The notes beneath the pieces are model-generated. The model was not told the origin of the DNA, did no database searches, and saw only the letters and a program-made list of their open reading frames with translations. Source: a virus. Taken from it: a stretch of 64,000 bases of DNA. The position numbers and the translations under genes were made by a program. This document shows, in pieces, positions 51,295 to 59,008 of the stretch (position 1 is the first letter of the stretch; each line of letters begins with the position of its first letter). Where the stretch lies: IMG/VR virus record IMGVR_UViG_3300027759_000067, positions 1 through 64,000 of that record; one strand, written 5' to 3'.

Positions 51295-51600
51295 TCAACC
51301 TATTTCTAAGACTTTATTCATATCGATGTTGAAGCCGGCAGCATGGACGTAGACTGCTCGTAGTGAAGATTGGGCAAATCGTTGCTCTACCCGTTGTATA
51401 GCCTGGTTCAATGAAGGGGCGCGAACCCGGTATGTATCCTGATTGCCGTCGGCCCACTCTACAGTGACTAGGTGCCAGGTGTTGTTCTCTGCGACTGCAT
51501 ACAGACCGTTGACCAATAGGACCAACACTCCGGTGATGAGTGTCTCACTATGGGCCAGGCTGGACCCTAGCATCAGGGCTAGGATTACGGCCTTCTTCAT
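51295..51600 (-). CDS. Early protein with signal-peptide-like N-terminus
   Basis: MKKAVILALMLGSSLAHS. Confidence 0.6.
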   Translation of the reverse strand: MKKAVILALMLGSSLAHSETLITGVLVLLVNGLYAVAENNTWHLVTVEWADGNQDTYRVRAPSLNQAIQRVEQRFAQSSLRAVYVHAAGFNIDMNKVLEIG

Positions 51601-51818
51601 ACAGCGCCCACCTTTCGGAACAGGTCCATAAAGGCACCGTTGATCTCGTCCATCTCTTCTTGCTCGACATAGAAGTCTGAGCGTGGATCATAGTACTGAC
51701 CTTCCTTGGGATCGTAGTAGAGAACACGTCCGGAGAAGTTGAATGGGCCTTCTAAGCCCTTGCGTGGACCGTAATTGTCACGCATGTTGTCCACAGTGTT
51801 CAAAACGCGATATCCCAT
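51597..51818 (-). CDS. Early hypothetical protein
   Basis: 'GLEGPF...LYYDPKEGQYYDPRSDFY'; own promoter. Confidence 0.75.
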   Translation of the reverse strand: MGYRVLNTVDNMRDNYGPRKGLEGPFNFSGRVLYYDPKEGQYYDPRSDFYVEQEEMDEINGAFMDLFRKVGAV

Positions 51819-51875
51819 CTGGTGCTCCTTAGTGTGTAAGTATGTATTATAGCCTCAGATGGGCTGCTTGTCAAC

Positions 51876-52103
51876 CTATTTTTTGGTAATTTCTTCAAGT
51901 TTCTCTTTGTACTCTAGTTCGGACACTTGCATCAAGTAGACTTCACGCAGAGCATAAACGGTTCCAATCAGGAGCATAGTGACGAAGAATGCCTCACCGC
52001 CGAAGAAGTAGACAAAGGTCAGTGCTGCTAGACCACCGAGCACAGCAGAGCCAAAGAGTTTAGCCACGTGTACAGCGGCCTTTTGTTTCAATGTAAGCAT
52101 CAT
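51876..52103 (-). CDS. Small membrane protein
   Basis: Two hydrophobic helices; own promoter. Confidence 0.7.
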   Translation of the reverse strand: MMLTLKQKAAVHVAKLFGSAVLGGLAALTFVYFFGGEAFFVTMLLIGTVYALREVYLMQVSELEYKEKLEEITKK

Positions 52104-52134
52104 AGTATTTTCCTTTTAAAAATGTATTATAGCA

Positions 52135-52500
52135 TCAAGTTGACACCCGGTCAACCTTAAAATAGCCGTAAGGTAGGCCAACCAGGTAGCACAGGAACTC
52201 GTCGTCCCCATTGCTGCCCTCTGCTTCGTGGATCCAACGCAGGGCCATCTCACGGTCCTTAGCACCGCAGGCTAGGATAGATTGGACACGCATCTCAAAG
52301 GCATGTGCTGCCTCGTGCTCGGCGATCTTGCGTTCTTGATCGTTCTTGACAATCTCGTTCTGCAGGAAGTCAAACTCCCGGTTGAACTTGGACTCATCCC
52401 AGAGGTGTGTGCTGATGCCACGTGGGCGGAAACCGTAGGCATCCTTGTACATATCCCAGAAGATGCTTTGGAGTTCTTCCATGCGGGTCATTGTTTCCAT
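52135..52500 (-). CDS. Early hypothetical protein
   Basis: 'DMYKDAYGFRPR'; GGAG RBS before ATG 52500. Confidence 0.75.
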   Translation of the reverse strand: METMTRMEELQSIFWDMYKDAYGFRPRGISTHLWDESKFNREFDFLQNEIVKNDQERKIAEHEAAHAFEMRVQSILACGAKDREMALRWIHEAEGSNGDDEFLCYLVGLPYGYFKVDRVST

Positions 52501-52573
52501 AGTGTGCTCCAGTGTGTTGCTGTTCATGTGTGTATTATAGCAGGAAACAATGCCCTTGTCAACCAAAGGGTCT

Positions 52574-52807
52574 TTACAGATTCTCACCAGAGATTGTATC
52601 AATGGCACCAGTGTAGACCGCAACGACGCCGTTGCCTTCCTCAAGCCAGCCATTTATGTTCCAGACGTCACGATGTCGATTGTAGGATTCCACCCACATG
52701 AGTGCATCCTCACGGGTGTCGAACTCTTCCTCTCCGAGCACCTTGTGATCATTCACATGACCAGCATAGATAGGGTAGATTTGAACATTGTGTACGATTG
52801 CCATCAT
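52574..52807 (-). CDS. Early hypothetical protein downstream of the structured RNA
   Basis: GGAG RBS. Confidence 0.7.
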   Translation of the reverse strand: MMAIVHNVQIYPIYAGHVNDHKVLGEEEFDTREDALMWVESYNRHRDVWNINGWLEEGNGVVAVYTGAIDTISGENL

Positions 52808-52813
52808 GTGCTC

Positions 52814-53025
52814 CAGTTAGGAAAAAGTTAGAGGAACTTTGCTGATCAATTCTGAGCTAGCTACTCTCAGATCAATCGCCGTCATTACTGCCTGCCTATT
52901 TCGTCTGCTTCTCCTTGCGGATTGCCATCTTGTAAGTGGAGGAGTAGCCTGCTAAGGCGGGGCTCAAACCCATAATCCCATCACTCACCTAACGATGCAG
53001 GTAACCTCTAACTCTTTCCTAACTG
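52814..53025 (-). ncRNA. Candidate structured RNA (~210 nt) closed by a 21-bp stem
   Basis: Arms 53005-53025 and 52814-52834 pair fully on the minus strand (one G-U). It starts just after the -10 at 53037 and contains internal hairpins. Confidence 0.6.
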
Positions 53026-53069
53026 TCTATGCTTGTATTATAACGCACATAGACAGCCTTGTCAACCTT

Positions 53070-53312
53070 TTATTCGTCTCCGCCCCAATCTTTTTTCTCT
53101 CCAAACTCTTCATTGTACTCATAGCCTGCGGTGTAGGCTGTGATCTCCGCTGCTGTCATATCCTTCAAACCAATGCGTGGTGTTGAGTAGGTATCGCCCA
53201 CATAGTAGTGTGGATCATATCTACGATTGTAATGGCTGTCGGCACTGCCGCGATCCCAAGGGCCACCGTGACGTTGATCGTAGTATGCTGAACGTGTTGC
53301 TTCTGCCATCAT
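53070..53312 (-). CDS. Early hypothetical protein
   Basis: 'RHGGPWDRGSADSHY'; own promoter. Confidence 0.75.
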   Translation of the reverse strand: MMAEATRSAYYDQRHGGPWDRGSADSHYNRRYDPHYYVGDTYSTPRIGLKDMTAAEITAYTAGYEYNEEFGEKKDWGGDE

Positions 53313-53496
53313 ATCTCTTGCTCCTAAAATTGTATTATAGCACCGTTTGAATAACCTGTCAACCTCTAAGGTCTTTGGTTGACCAGAATAGGTGAACCTC
53401 GTATACTTTGCGGCATACGAGGTTCTGGGGGTTGCCTGAAGACACTACCCTTCAGGGCTTGTGTCTGCTACGCGACAGCAGACTTTGGAGCGTTCT

Positions 53497-53772
53497 TTAG
53501 ACTAGGCCAAGAGCCATAGCGCGGTAACCAGCTGCAATCAACTTGCGAGTAGGTTGTCCGATTTCGTATTCGGTAACTTGAACGTGGTTGCCAGCGGTAC
53601 GGGTGTTAGCGTACACCGCAAATCCTGCTTGGCGGATACGGCTGACTTCAGCTGAAACGTTCTTGATGCCAAAACGCTTCTCAGCTTGGCTTGCGGTTAC
53701 CTTATCACCACTCTTAAGAGCAGTGAAGAGCTTATGGGTCTTAGTGCCCTGATTGATGTTATAAGTTTGCAT
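53497..53772 (-). CDS. Winged helix-turn-helix DNA-binding protein
   Basis: 'L..ALKSG..VTASQAEKRFGIKNVSAEVSRIRQAG'. Confidence 0.7.
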   Translation of the reverse strand: MQTYNINQGTKTHKLFTALKSGDKVTASQAEKRFGIKNVSAEVSRIRQAGFAVYANTRTAGNHVQVTEYEIGQPTRKLIAAGYRAMALGLV

Positions 53773-53822
53773 TTTTGTTTTCCTTAATGTTATACTGTTT
53801 GCACAGTTACAACAATATTACA

Positions 53823-54125
53823 TTATTCCTTGATGAGAGTCAAGTGATTTTGGAGATCTTTCCTGGCTCGCTCTTTACCTTCTTCCAGGTACTTCTCAAC
53901 ATCCCTTAACGTTTTGGTATTACCAAACTCTCGATCAGTGTAGTACTCAATGAGTCTACGTTGGATCATAGTCAGCAAGTCACCGTTCTCGTCGTCGATG
54001 ATGAAACGTACAGGGCAGCGGCTCCAAGATCTACGTGCTTGGAACTCTGCAAACCACTCACGATGCTGCTTGTTATAAGCATCGAATACAATCCAGGGTC
54101 TACCATAAAAGGCTAATCTACTCAT
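53823..54125 (-). CDS. Early hypothetical protein
   Basis: 'FDAYNKQHR...W..CPVRF'; AAGGAG RBS. Confidence 0.7.
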   Translation of the reverse strand: MSRLAFYGRPWIVFDAYNKQHREWFAEFQARRSWSRCPVRFIIDDENGDLLTMIQRRLIEYYTDREFGNTKTLRDVEKYLEEGKERARKDLQNHLTLIKE

Positions 54126-54231
54126 TGTGTTGCTCCTTAAGTGTCTTAGTTAAACAGAGTACTCATTTCCTTCGTCGCTCGGCACTCTGTTTAACTAAGA
54201 GGGGCATATAGCCCCAATACCCCGCTATGGG

Positions 54232-54624
54232 TTAGAAGGGTGCTTCTTCCAATGTTGCATCAACCTTAGGAGCCTTGGCCTTGGCAGCAACTGCACGGGC
54301 TTTGATAGCATCCATTGTAGGAGTGCTCTTGGCCTTAGGAGCTGCTTTGGCCTTAACAGCCTTAACAGCCCGGACAGCAGGAGTACGCTTCTCCAGGCCT
54401 TCTTCAAGAGCGGCGCGGATGTTAGCGTTGCCGTTGTCGAAGTTGATGCTGATCAGGAACTGGATAGCAGCCGCTTTGGTCATTGGCTCTTTGAGCTCGA
54501 TCAGATCAATGTCGGAACTTCCGGTCTTGGCCAGAACCTTGACACGCATTTGGTCATTAGCAAAGCGAGCCTTGATAACACCATTACGAGTAGAAACACC
54601 TGCAAATTTAAAAGTCTTTTCCAT
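54232..54624 (-). CDS. Protein with Lys/Ala/Pro-rich histone-like tail
   Basis: MEKTFKFAGVS...; C-terminal 'AVKAVKAKAAPKAK'. Confidence 0.7.
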   Translation of the reverse strand: MEKTFKFAGVSTRNGVIKARFANDQMRVKVLAKTGSSDIDLIELKEPMTKAAAIQFLISINFDNGNANIRAALEEGLEKRTPAVRAVKAVKAKAAPKAKSTPTMDAIKARAVAAKAKAPKVDATLEEAPF

Positions 54625-54724
54625 AATATACCTCTTTCTATGTGTGTGTTGTATGGATTGCACTATTGCTTTCCATACGTTAATTATACAACGGTTTGGG
54701 TCCGTTGTCAACCTCTTTTTGGCA

Positions 54725-54907
54725 TTAGGAGTTGAAAGTTTCGTATGGGCTCATCTCCTCTTGTGGGTTTTCTGCCACAAAGTTGCTTTCAATCCAACCA
54801 TAGACGATCTCTATGGGGCACTCCAGTTGAACTGCAATACTGCGGGCACTGAACCCTGCAATGTACATCTGCTCAATATCGTAACTTAGATCTGCCATCT
54901 TACTCAT
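54725..54907 (-). CDS. Early hypothetical protein (small HTH-like)
   Basis: 'GFSARSIAVQLECPIEIVYGW'. Confidence 0.6.
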   Translation of the reverse strand: MSKMADLSYDIEQMYIAGFSARSIAVQLECPIEIVYGWIESNFVAENPQEEMSPYETFNS

Positions 54908-55112
54908 CGTAGGCCTCCTCGCCCATTTCGGTTACTGTTTCTTCAAACACCCGAACATCAACGATGCGGGCTGTTTGTTCCTCATTGCTAACACCTTCAA
55001 ACGCCTCTCGGAAACTTTGGCAATCTGCCAAGAAGTTGAAAACATCCTCTCGGCCCCAAGTGCCCGGCACTTCCAACACCTGTACCAGTTCTGTGCGTAC
55101 TGTGACTTTCAT
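54900..55112 (-). CDS. Early hypothetical protein
   Basis: AAGGA RBS; overlaps neighbours. Confidence 0.65.
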   Translation of the reverse strand: MKVTVRTELVQVLEVPGTWGREDVFNFLADCQSFREAFEGVSNEEQTARIVDVRVFEETVTEMGEEAYDE

Positions 55113-55585
55113 GCTGTTTCCTTTGTTTCAACTAAAGCCAACACCAACAATTCATAAGCAGCATCGTGGCACTTCACATACCAGTTGCCGTCTTTGCGCA
55201 GGATGTACTCGTATTCCTCATACTGGTGATGAGCCAAGTAGTCCTGAAAGTCAACGAACTGCTCTTTGGTCAAGTCTTCGCCACGGTCACGTGCGTAGAA
55301 AGTAGTATAGCCTGCTTCTCTAGCCTTGTCAACTTCTTTCTGGATCTTAGCCTTCTTCACAATGTCAGTCTCATTGTAAGCAGGACCAAAGGGATGCTTC
55401 TTGCCGATGACCTTGCCCAGCGAACTGATGCCGCCCATGTCGATCAAGTCGCGCAGTTTGAACGGATCGCTGTAATGCTCAGCGAGGATCTTGCCGTTGT
55501 GCTCCAAGTAACCGTCCCAGTGGCAGTAGATTTGCTCTACTGTGCCATCTGCAAACTCTAGTGCGATAGTGCTGCGTGTACCCAT
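55109..55585 (-). CDS. Conserved phage early protein
   Basis: 'MGTRS.I....IYCHWDGY...G..L', 'EYEY'; own promoter. Confidence 0.8.
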   Translation of the reverse strand: MGTRSTIALEFADGTVEQIYCHWDGYLEHNGKILAEHYSDPFKLRDLIDMGGISSLGKVIGKKHPFGPAYNETDIVKKAKIQKEVDKAREAGYTTFYARDRGEDLTKEQFVDFQDYLAHHQYEEYEYILRKDGNWYVKCHDAAYELLVLALVETKETA

Positions 55586-55647
55586 TTGCTCTGCTCCTTA
55601 GTGTGTAAGCGTTAATTATAGCACCGAAGTGCTGTCCTGTCAACCAA

Positions 55648-55845
55648 TTAGCGATTGGCAAACTCGCAGTCGGCACCCTCGGGGCCAACCTTCACTTCGT
55701 CATAAAAAACAATCTCATGCCCGAAGTCCTCACCTTCCAACACTGCCATGCGAGCCTTAGCCAGCTCAGCAGTGGGATACACTCCGTAGATGATGCTCTC
55801 AGGAGCGCCACAGTCCTCAGCACGAACAATAAAAATAGAAGTCAT
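55648..55845 (-). CDS. Early hypothetical protein
   Basis: Own promoter and RBS. Confidence 0.7.
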   Translation of the reverse strand: MTSIFIVRAEDCGAPESIIYGVYPTAELAKARMAVLEGEDFGHEIVFYDEVKVGPEGADCEFANR

Positions 55846-55907
55846 TTTGTTTCCTTAGTGTGTGTAAGTGTTAATTATAACAAGGTTTTACCACCTTGTC
55901 AACCTCT

Positions 55908-56192
55908 TTATGCAACGTCTACCCAAATATTGCGACCGTACGTGTTCTCTACAACAAAGCCCGGGCTGCAAGGGCAAGAGCAACCTGCAAACTGCGACCA
56001 TTTTACCTTTGTGTCGGCACTCCAACCCAATTGGCTAAACAACTTGGGCAACACCTCTTTACGGTAGAACGTATGCGGGCGCTGTCGGCGATTCATTATG
56101 TTTTCCATAACTGTCTCGCCCACTGGGCTAACATATATGCGGGTCTTGCTGTAACGACGCTCTTGCTCACCTACTTGTACTGTGATTTCCAT
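55908..56192 (-). CDS. Early hypothetical protein
   Basis: 'WSQFAGCSCPCSPGF'; own promoter. Confidence 0.75.
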   Translation of the reverse strand: MEITVQVGEQERRYSKTRIYVSPVGETVMENIMNRRQRPHTFYRKEVLPKLFSQLGWSADTKVKWSQFAGCSCPCSPGFVVENTYGRNIWVDVA

Positions 56193-56253
56193 TTGCTCTG
56201 CTCCTTAGTGTGTAAGCGTTAATTATACAATGGTTTTACCACTTTGTCAACCG

Positions 56254-56469
56254 TTAAGCATAAAAGGTTGTTGTAAATTCACAACGGCTGTAGATCATTT
56301 CCCGTACTGCGGTGTCGTTGATCTCACCAAATTGATCACTCTTCTGATCGCCGATGAATCGCATAATGCTCATAGTCTGCTTCCAATCAAGCCCTGCAGC
56401 CTTGGCCAGCTCTACAATCTTGTCTGCAACCAAGTTGCCTTGGTCTGTGAACATATCATAATCTTTCAT
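56254..56469 (-). CDS. Early hypothetical protein
   Basis: MKDYDMFTDQGN...; GGAG RBS. Confidence 0.65.
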   Translation of the reverse strand: MKDYDMFTDQGNLVADKIVELAKAAGLDWKQTMSIMRFIGDQKSDQFGEINDTAVREMIYSRCEFTTTFYA

Positions 56470-56470
56470 A

Positions 56471-56743
56471 TCACTCTCCAGTGTAAAGTTCGTAGATGAC
56501 CCGTGCTGCTCCGGGATCCAACTCATTGAGCTGACGGGCAGCAGTGATCAACTTGCGATGACGGGCTTGCAACTCTGCACCACGCAGTTCGCCATCACAG
56601 GTTAGGTTCTCTGGGCTTAGATCGCAGTCAATGGTCTCTGCGATGCGCTGCCGGTCTGTGGCGTTGTCCAGGCTTAGAGGTGCCTGCTTAAAGATGGCAC
56701 GCCACCGGTTCTTCTCGGCAACATAGTTTGTCAATGCGTTCAT
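56471..56743 (-). CDS. Early hypothetical protein
   Basis: 'LSPENLTCDGEL'; own promoter. Confidence 0.75.
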   Translation of the reverse strand: MNALTNYVAEKNRWRAIFKQAPLSLDNATDRQRIAETIDCDLSPENLTCDGELRGAELQARHRKLITAARQLNELDPGAARVIYELYTGE

Positions 56744-56800
56744 GATAGCTCCTTAGTGTGTAAGCGTGTATTATAACAGGGAGTTGCCTCCCTGTCAACC

Positions 56801-57085
56801 TCACATTGAGTGATATCGTTCCATGCTTGGGTCGCATGGGCCACCGCGGTCTTCACGGCGGATCATAACTTCCTTGCCCGTAAGTATGTTCTTTACACCG
56901 ACCAGCTGCTGCCCGTTGAACTTCTCTACGATGTTGATGAACTCTTTCTGCTTGCGTTTGGGCAAGAGGCTGAGCATATCTACTGCCAATTGCGTGGCAT
57001 AGCCTGCTGCGAATGCAGGTTCGTGATCTGCATAAAGTTGACTCAGTGCGTCATTGAGTGCTACTTGGTTGTCTGTACGAAACAT
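56801..57085 (-). CDS. Early hypothetical protein
   Basis: 'VKNILTG....CDPSMERYHSM'; own promoter. Confidence 0.75.
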   Translation of the reverse strand: MFRTDNQVALNDALSQLYADHEPAFAAGYATQLAVDMLSLLPKRKQKEFINIVEKFNGQQLVGVKNILTGKEVMIRREDRGGPCDPSMERYHSM

Positions 57086-57160
57086 TCTAGCTCCTTAGTG
57101 TTTAAGCAGTAATTATACAACGGTTTTACCAACTTGTCAACCCCTAAATCTGTTGTCTTT

Positions 57161-57391
57161 TTACAACGGAAGTGGTACTCCTAATAACCCTATAGCATAT
57201 ATGGCTAATAGTACTGCATTGACAATGACCAAGTTCATCTCCCGTATCCGCATAGCCCAGATCATATACACTAGAGCACCTAGGTTCAATAGCATAATGT
57301 TCAAGGGATCTATACGCAAACTGGTACATAGGGCACCGGCAATGACCAAAGCCATGCCAGTCCACTTCAATATGTTATTAAGCAAGAGCAT
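57161..57391 (-). CDS. Small multi-pass membrane protein
   Basis: Three hydrophobic segments. Confidence 0.7.
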   Translation of the reverse strand: MLLLNNILKWTGMALVIAGALCTSLRIDPLNIMLLNLGALVYMIWAMRIREMNLVIVNAVLLAIYAIGLLGVPLPL

Positions 57392-57749
57392 TCTCCCGAT
57401 CCACTTGCTCGCTCAATGCAGCGAACTTCTTGCTTAGTCGATATACTTGAGCCTTGGCTTCTTTCATAGCCTCGTCAATGAAGTCCTCGGCAGTCCCGTC
57501 ACTAAGGACTTCGCGGGCATCTTCGTATAAGCATCCCCCAAGGTAGGCACTGCCCAACTCGAGCCCTTCGACGAGTACACGTACCCGCAACATGAACCAT
57601 TCGTAGGTCCCGTTGTCAATCTTACGGAGGATCTCGTCGATGTTGTCGTCTTCGAAATGATCCCTGGGGTTAATATCTTCATAGGTCTTATCCACAATTA
57701 CGGTAAAGCCATCACGCTCAAAACGCTCAATTAGATCATAGTGTTGCAT
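57378..57749 (-). CDS. Early hypothetical protein
   Basis: 123 aa, TAATG-coupled. Confidence 0.7.
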   Translation of the reverse strand: MQHYDLIERFERDGFTVIVDKTYEDINPRDHFEDDNIDEILRKIDNGTYEWFMLRVRVLVEGLELGSAYLGGCLYEDAREVLSDGTAEDFIDEAMKEAKAQVYRLSKKFAALSEQVDRENALA

Positions 57750-58036
57750 TATGCCAATTCCTTTTCAGTTAATGTAAGCATATTCGCAGGCACCCTCCAC
57801 AGGCCCATGTTAGTCTTAACTGTGACGAACTTGATAGCAATCTTCTCTACAGTGCCCTGCATGACTCGGCCTGTCTTAGAACTAGTGAAACTGACCTCGT
57901 CGCCGTAGCGTAGGCTTCGCTTGTTCTTCTCCATAAGGCGTGCTCGTGCAAACTTGACAGCATCTATGATCGATGTCAATTCATCGTTGGTAAAGCCGCT
58001 TTGCAAGATTGCGGTGTTGATCTGCGTAATGTTCAT
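57749..58036 (-). CDS. Early protein with SH3/KOW-like C-terminus
   Basis: 'GDEVSF...GTVEKI..KFVTV....WRVP..ML'; own promoter. Confidence 0.7.
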   Translation of the reverse strand: MNITQINTAILQSGFTNDELTSIIDAVKFARARLMEKNKRSLRYGDEVSFTSSKTGRVMQGTVEKIAIKFVTVKTNMGLWRVPANMLTLTEKELA

Positions 58037-58088
58037 CTCATGCTCCTTAGTGTGTAAGTATGTATTATAACGCCGTTAGGCACTCTTG

Positions 58089-58334
58089 TCAACCTAATAC
58101 CACTACACGACGAACGGACTCTAGGTAGTCGCCAGTCTCTTCGTCGTAGCAGTCCTCGTCGTCAACCAGCTTGTCCATGCGGTGGTACTCACTGAACTCT
58201 ACAACACCTTCACTTACCTCGCCTACCTTGGGCGCTACAGTAGTGCGCCAGTGGTCGCCGTAACTGTAGGCAAAGTGTACTTCAGCGTTGGGGTCCAAAT
58301 ACTCTAGCTGCTCTATTAGTTGAAATACTTGCAT
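58089..58334 (-). CDS. Early hypothetical protein
   Basis: Own promoter and RBS. Confidence 0.75.
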   Translation of the reverse strand: MQVFQLIEQLEYLDPNAEVHFAYSYGDHWRTTVAPKVGEVSEGVVEFSEYHRMDKLVDDEDCYDEETGDYLESVRRVVVLG

Positions 58335-58400
58335 GACTGCTCCTTAGTGTGTAAGTGCTAATTATAGCGTGGTTTTACCAATGTGTCAACCAAAGACCCT

Positions 58401-58619
58401 TTAGCAGTCAGGGTCAAAGTCTGCCCACTCTTGCTCTTCATCGGGCTGACCGTCGTAGTCCTCGTCGTCTTCATCAAAACGCTCGCTCAACTCGTTGGCA
58501 TCTAGCAGGTCTTCAACTTCGCTTTCGCTCATGAAAGCGATGCACATGTCAACCACTTGCTCGTGAGTGATAACACCCTGATCTAGCAAGTCGTATAGTC
58601 TCTCTCTAGCTTTAGTCAT
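58401..58619 (-). CDS. Very acidic early protein (possible DNA mimic)
   Basis: 'DEDDEDYDGQPDEEQEWADFDPDC'; own promoter. Confidence 0.7.
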   Translation of the reverse strand: MTKARERLYDLLDQGVITHEQVVDMCIAFMSESEVEDLLDANELSERFDEDDEDYDGQPDEEQEWADFDPDC

Positions 58620-58657
58620 CTCTGCTCCTTAGTGTATGCGTGTATTATAGCAGTCTT

Positions 58658-59008
58658 TTACTGATTTGTCAAGTCACCGCGAATGTCCGTGTTCAGCATA
58701 GGGTTAATCAAACGTCGTAGCTCAACTTCCCGCCGGTGAGCAGCAGCCTTACCACGTATGATCTCATGCACACGGATCTCAATCTCCGACTTGTCAGATA
58801 ACTCACGCAAAGCCACGCACAATGCCCAGTCCTTGTTCTCAGTCTTAGCACGGTAGAAATGCTTGTTAGCACGTACACGCACGCTCTTGAGTACAGTGCT
58901 CTCAGTCTTGGCAGTGACACCAATGTAGTTCATGCCATTGACTACGAGCTCATAGATGATGTGATTGCGATCTACACGTTTCTTGCGAGTGTTAAGTTCT
59001 TTGTTCAT
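58658..59008 (-). CDS. GIY-YIG-like nuclease, leaderless start
   Basis: 'IIYEL...NYIGVT', 'R..KH', 'E..L....P.LN'; ATG 6 nt after a -10 box. Confidence 0.7.
   Translation of the reverse strand: MNKELNTRKKRVDRNHIIYELVVNGMNYIGVTAKTESTVLKSVRVRANKHFYRAKTENKDWALCVALRELSDKSEIEIRVHEIIRGKAAAHRREVELRRLINPMLNTDIRGDLTNQ

Noticed and set aside
50578-57437. Plus-strand ORFs in the early region (e.g. 54275-54889, 52282-52701)
   Set aside because: They are antisense to minus-strand genes that have promoters and RBSs; likely GC-rich shadows.
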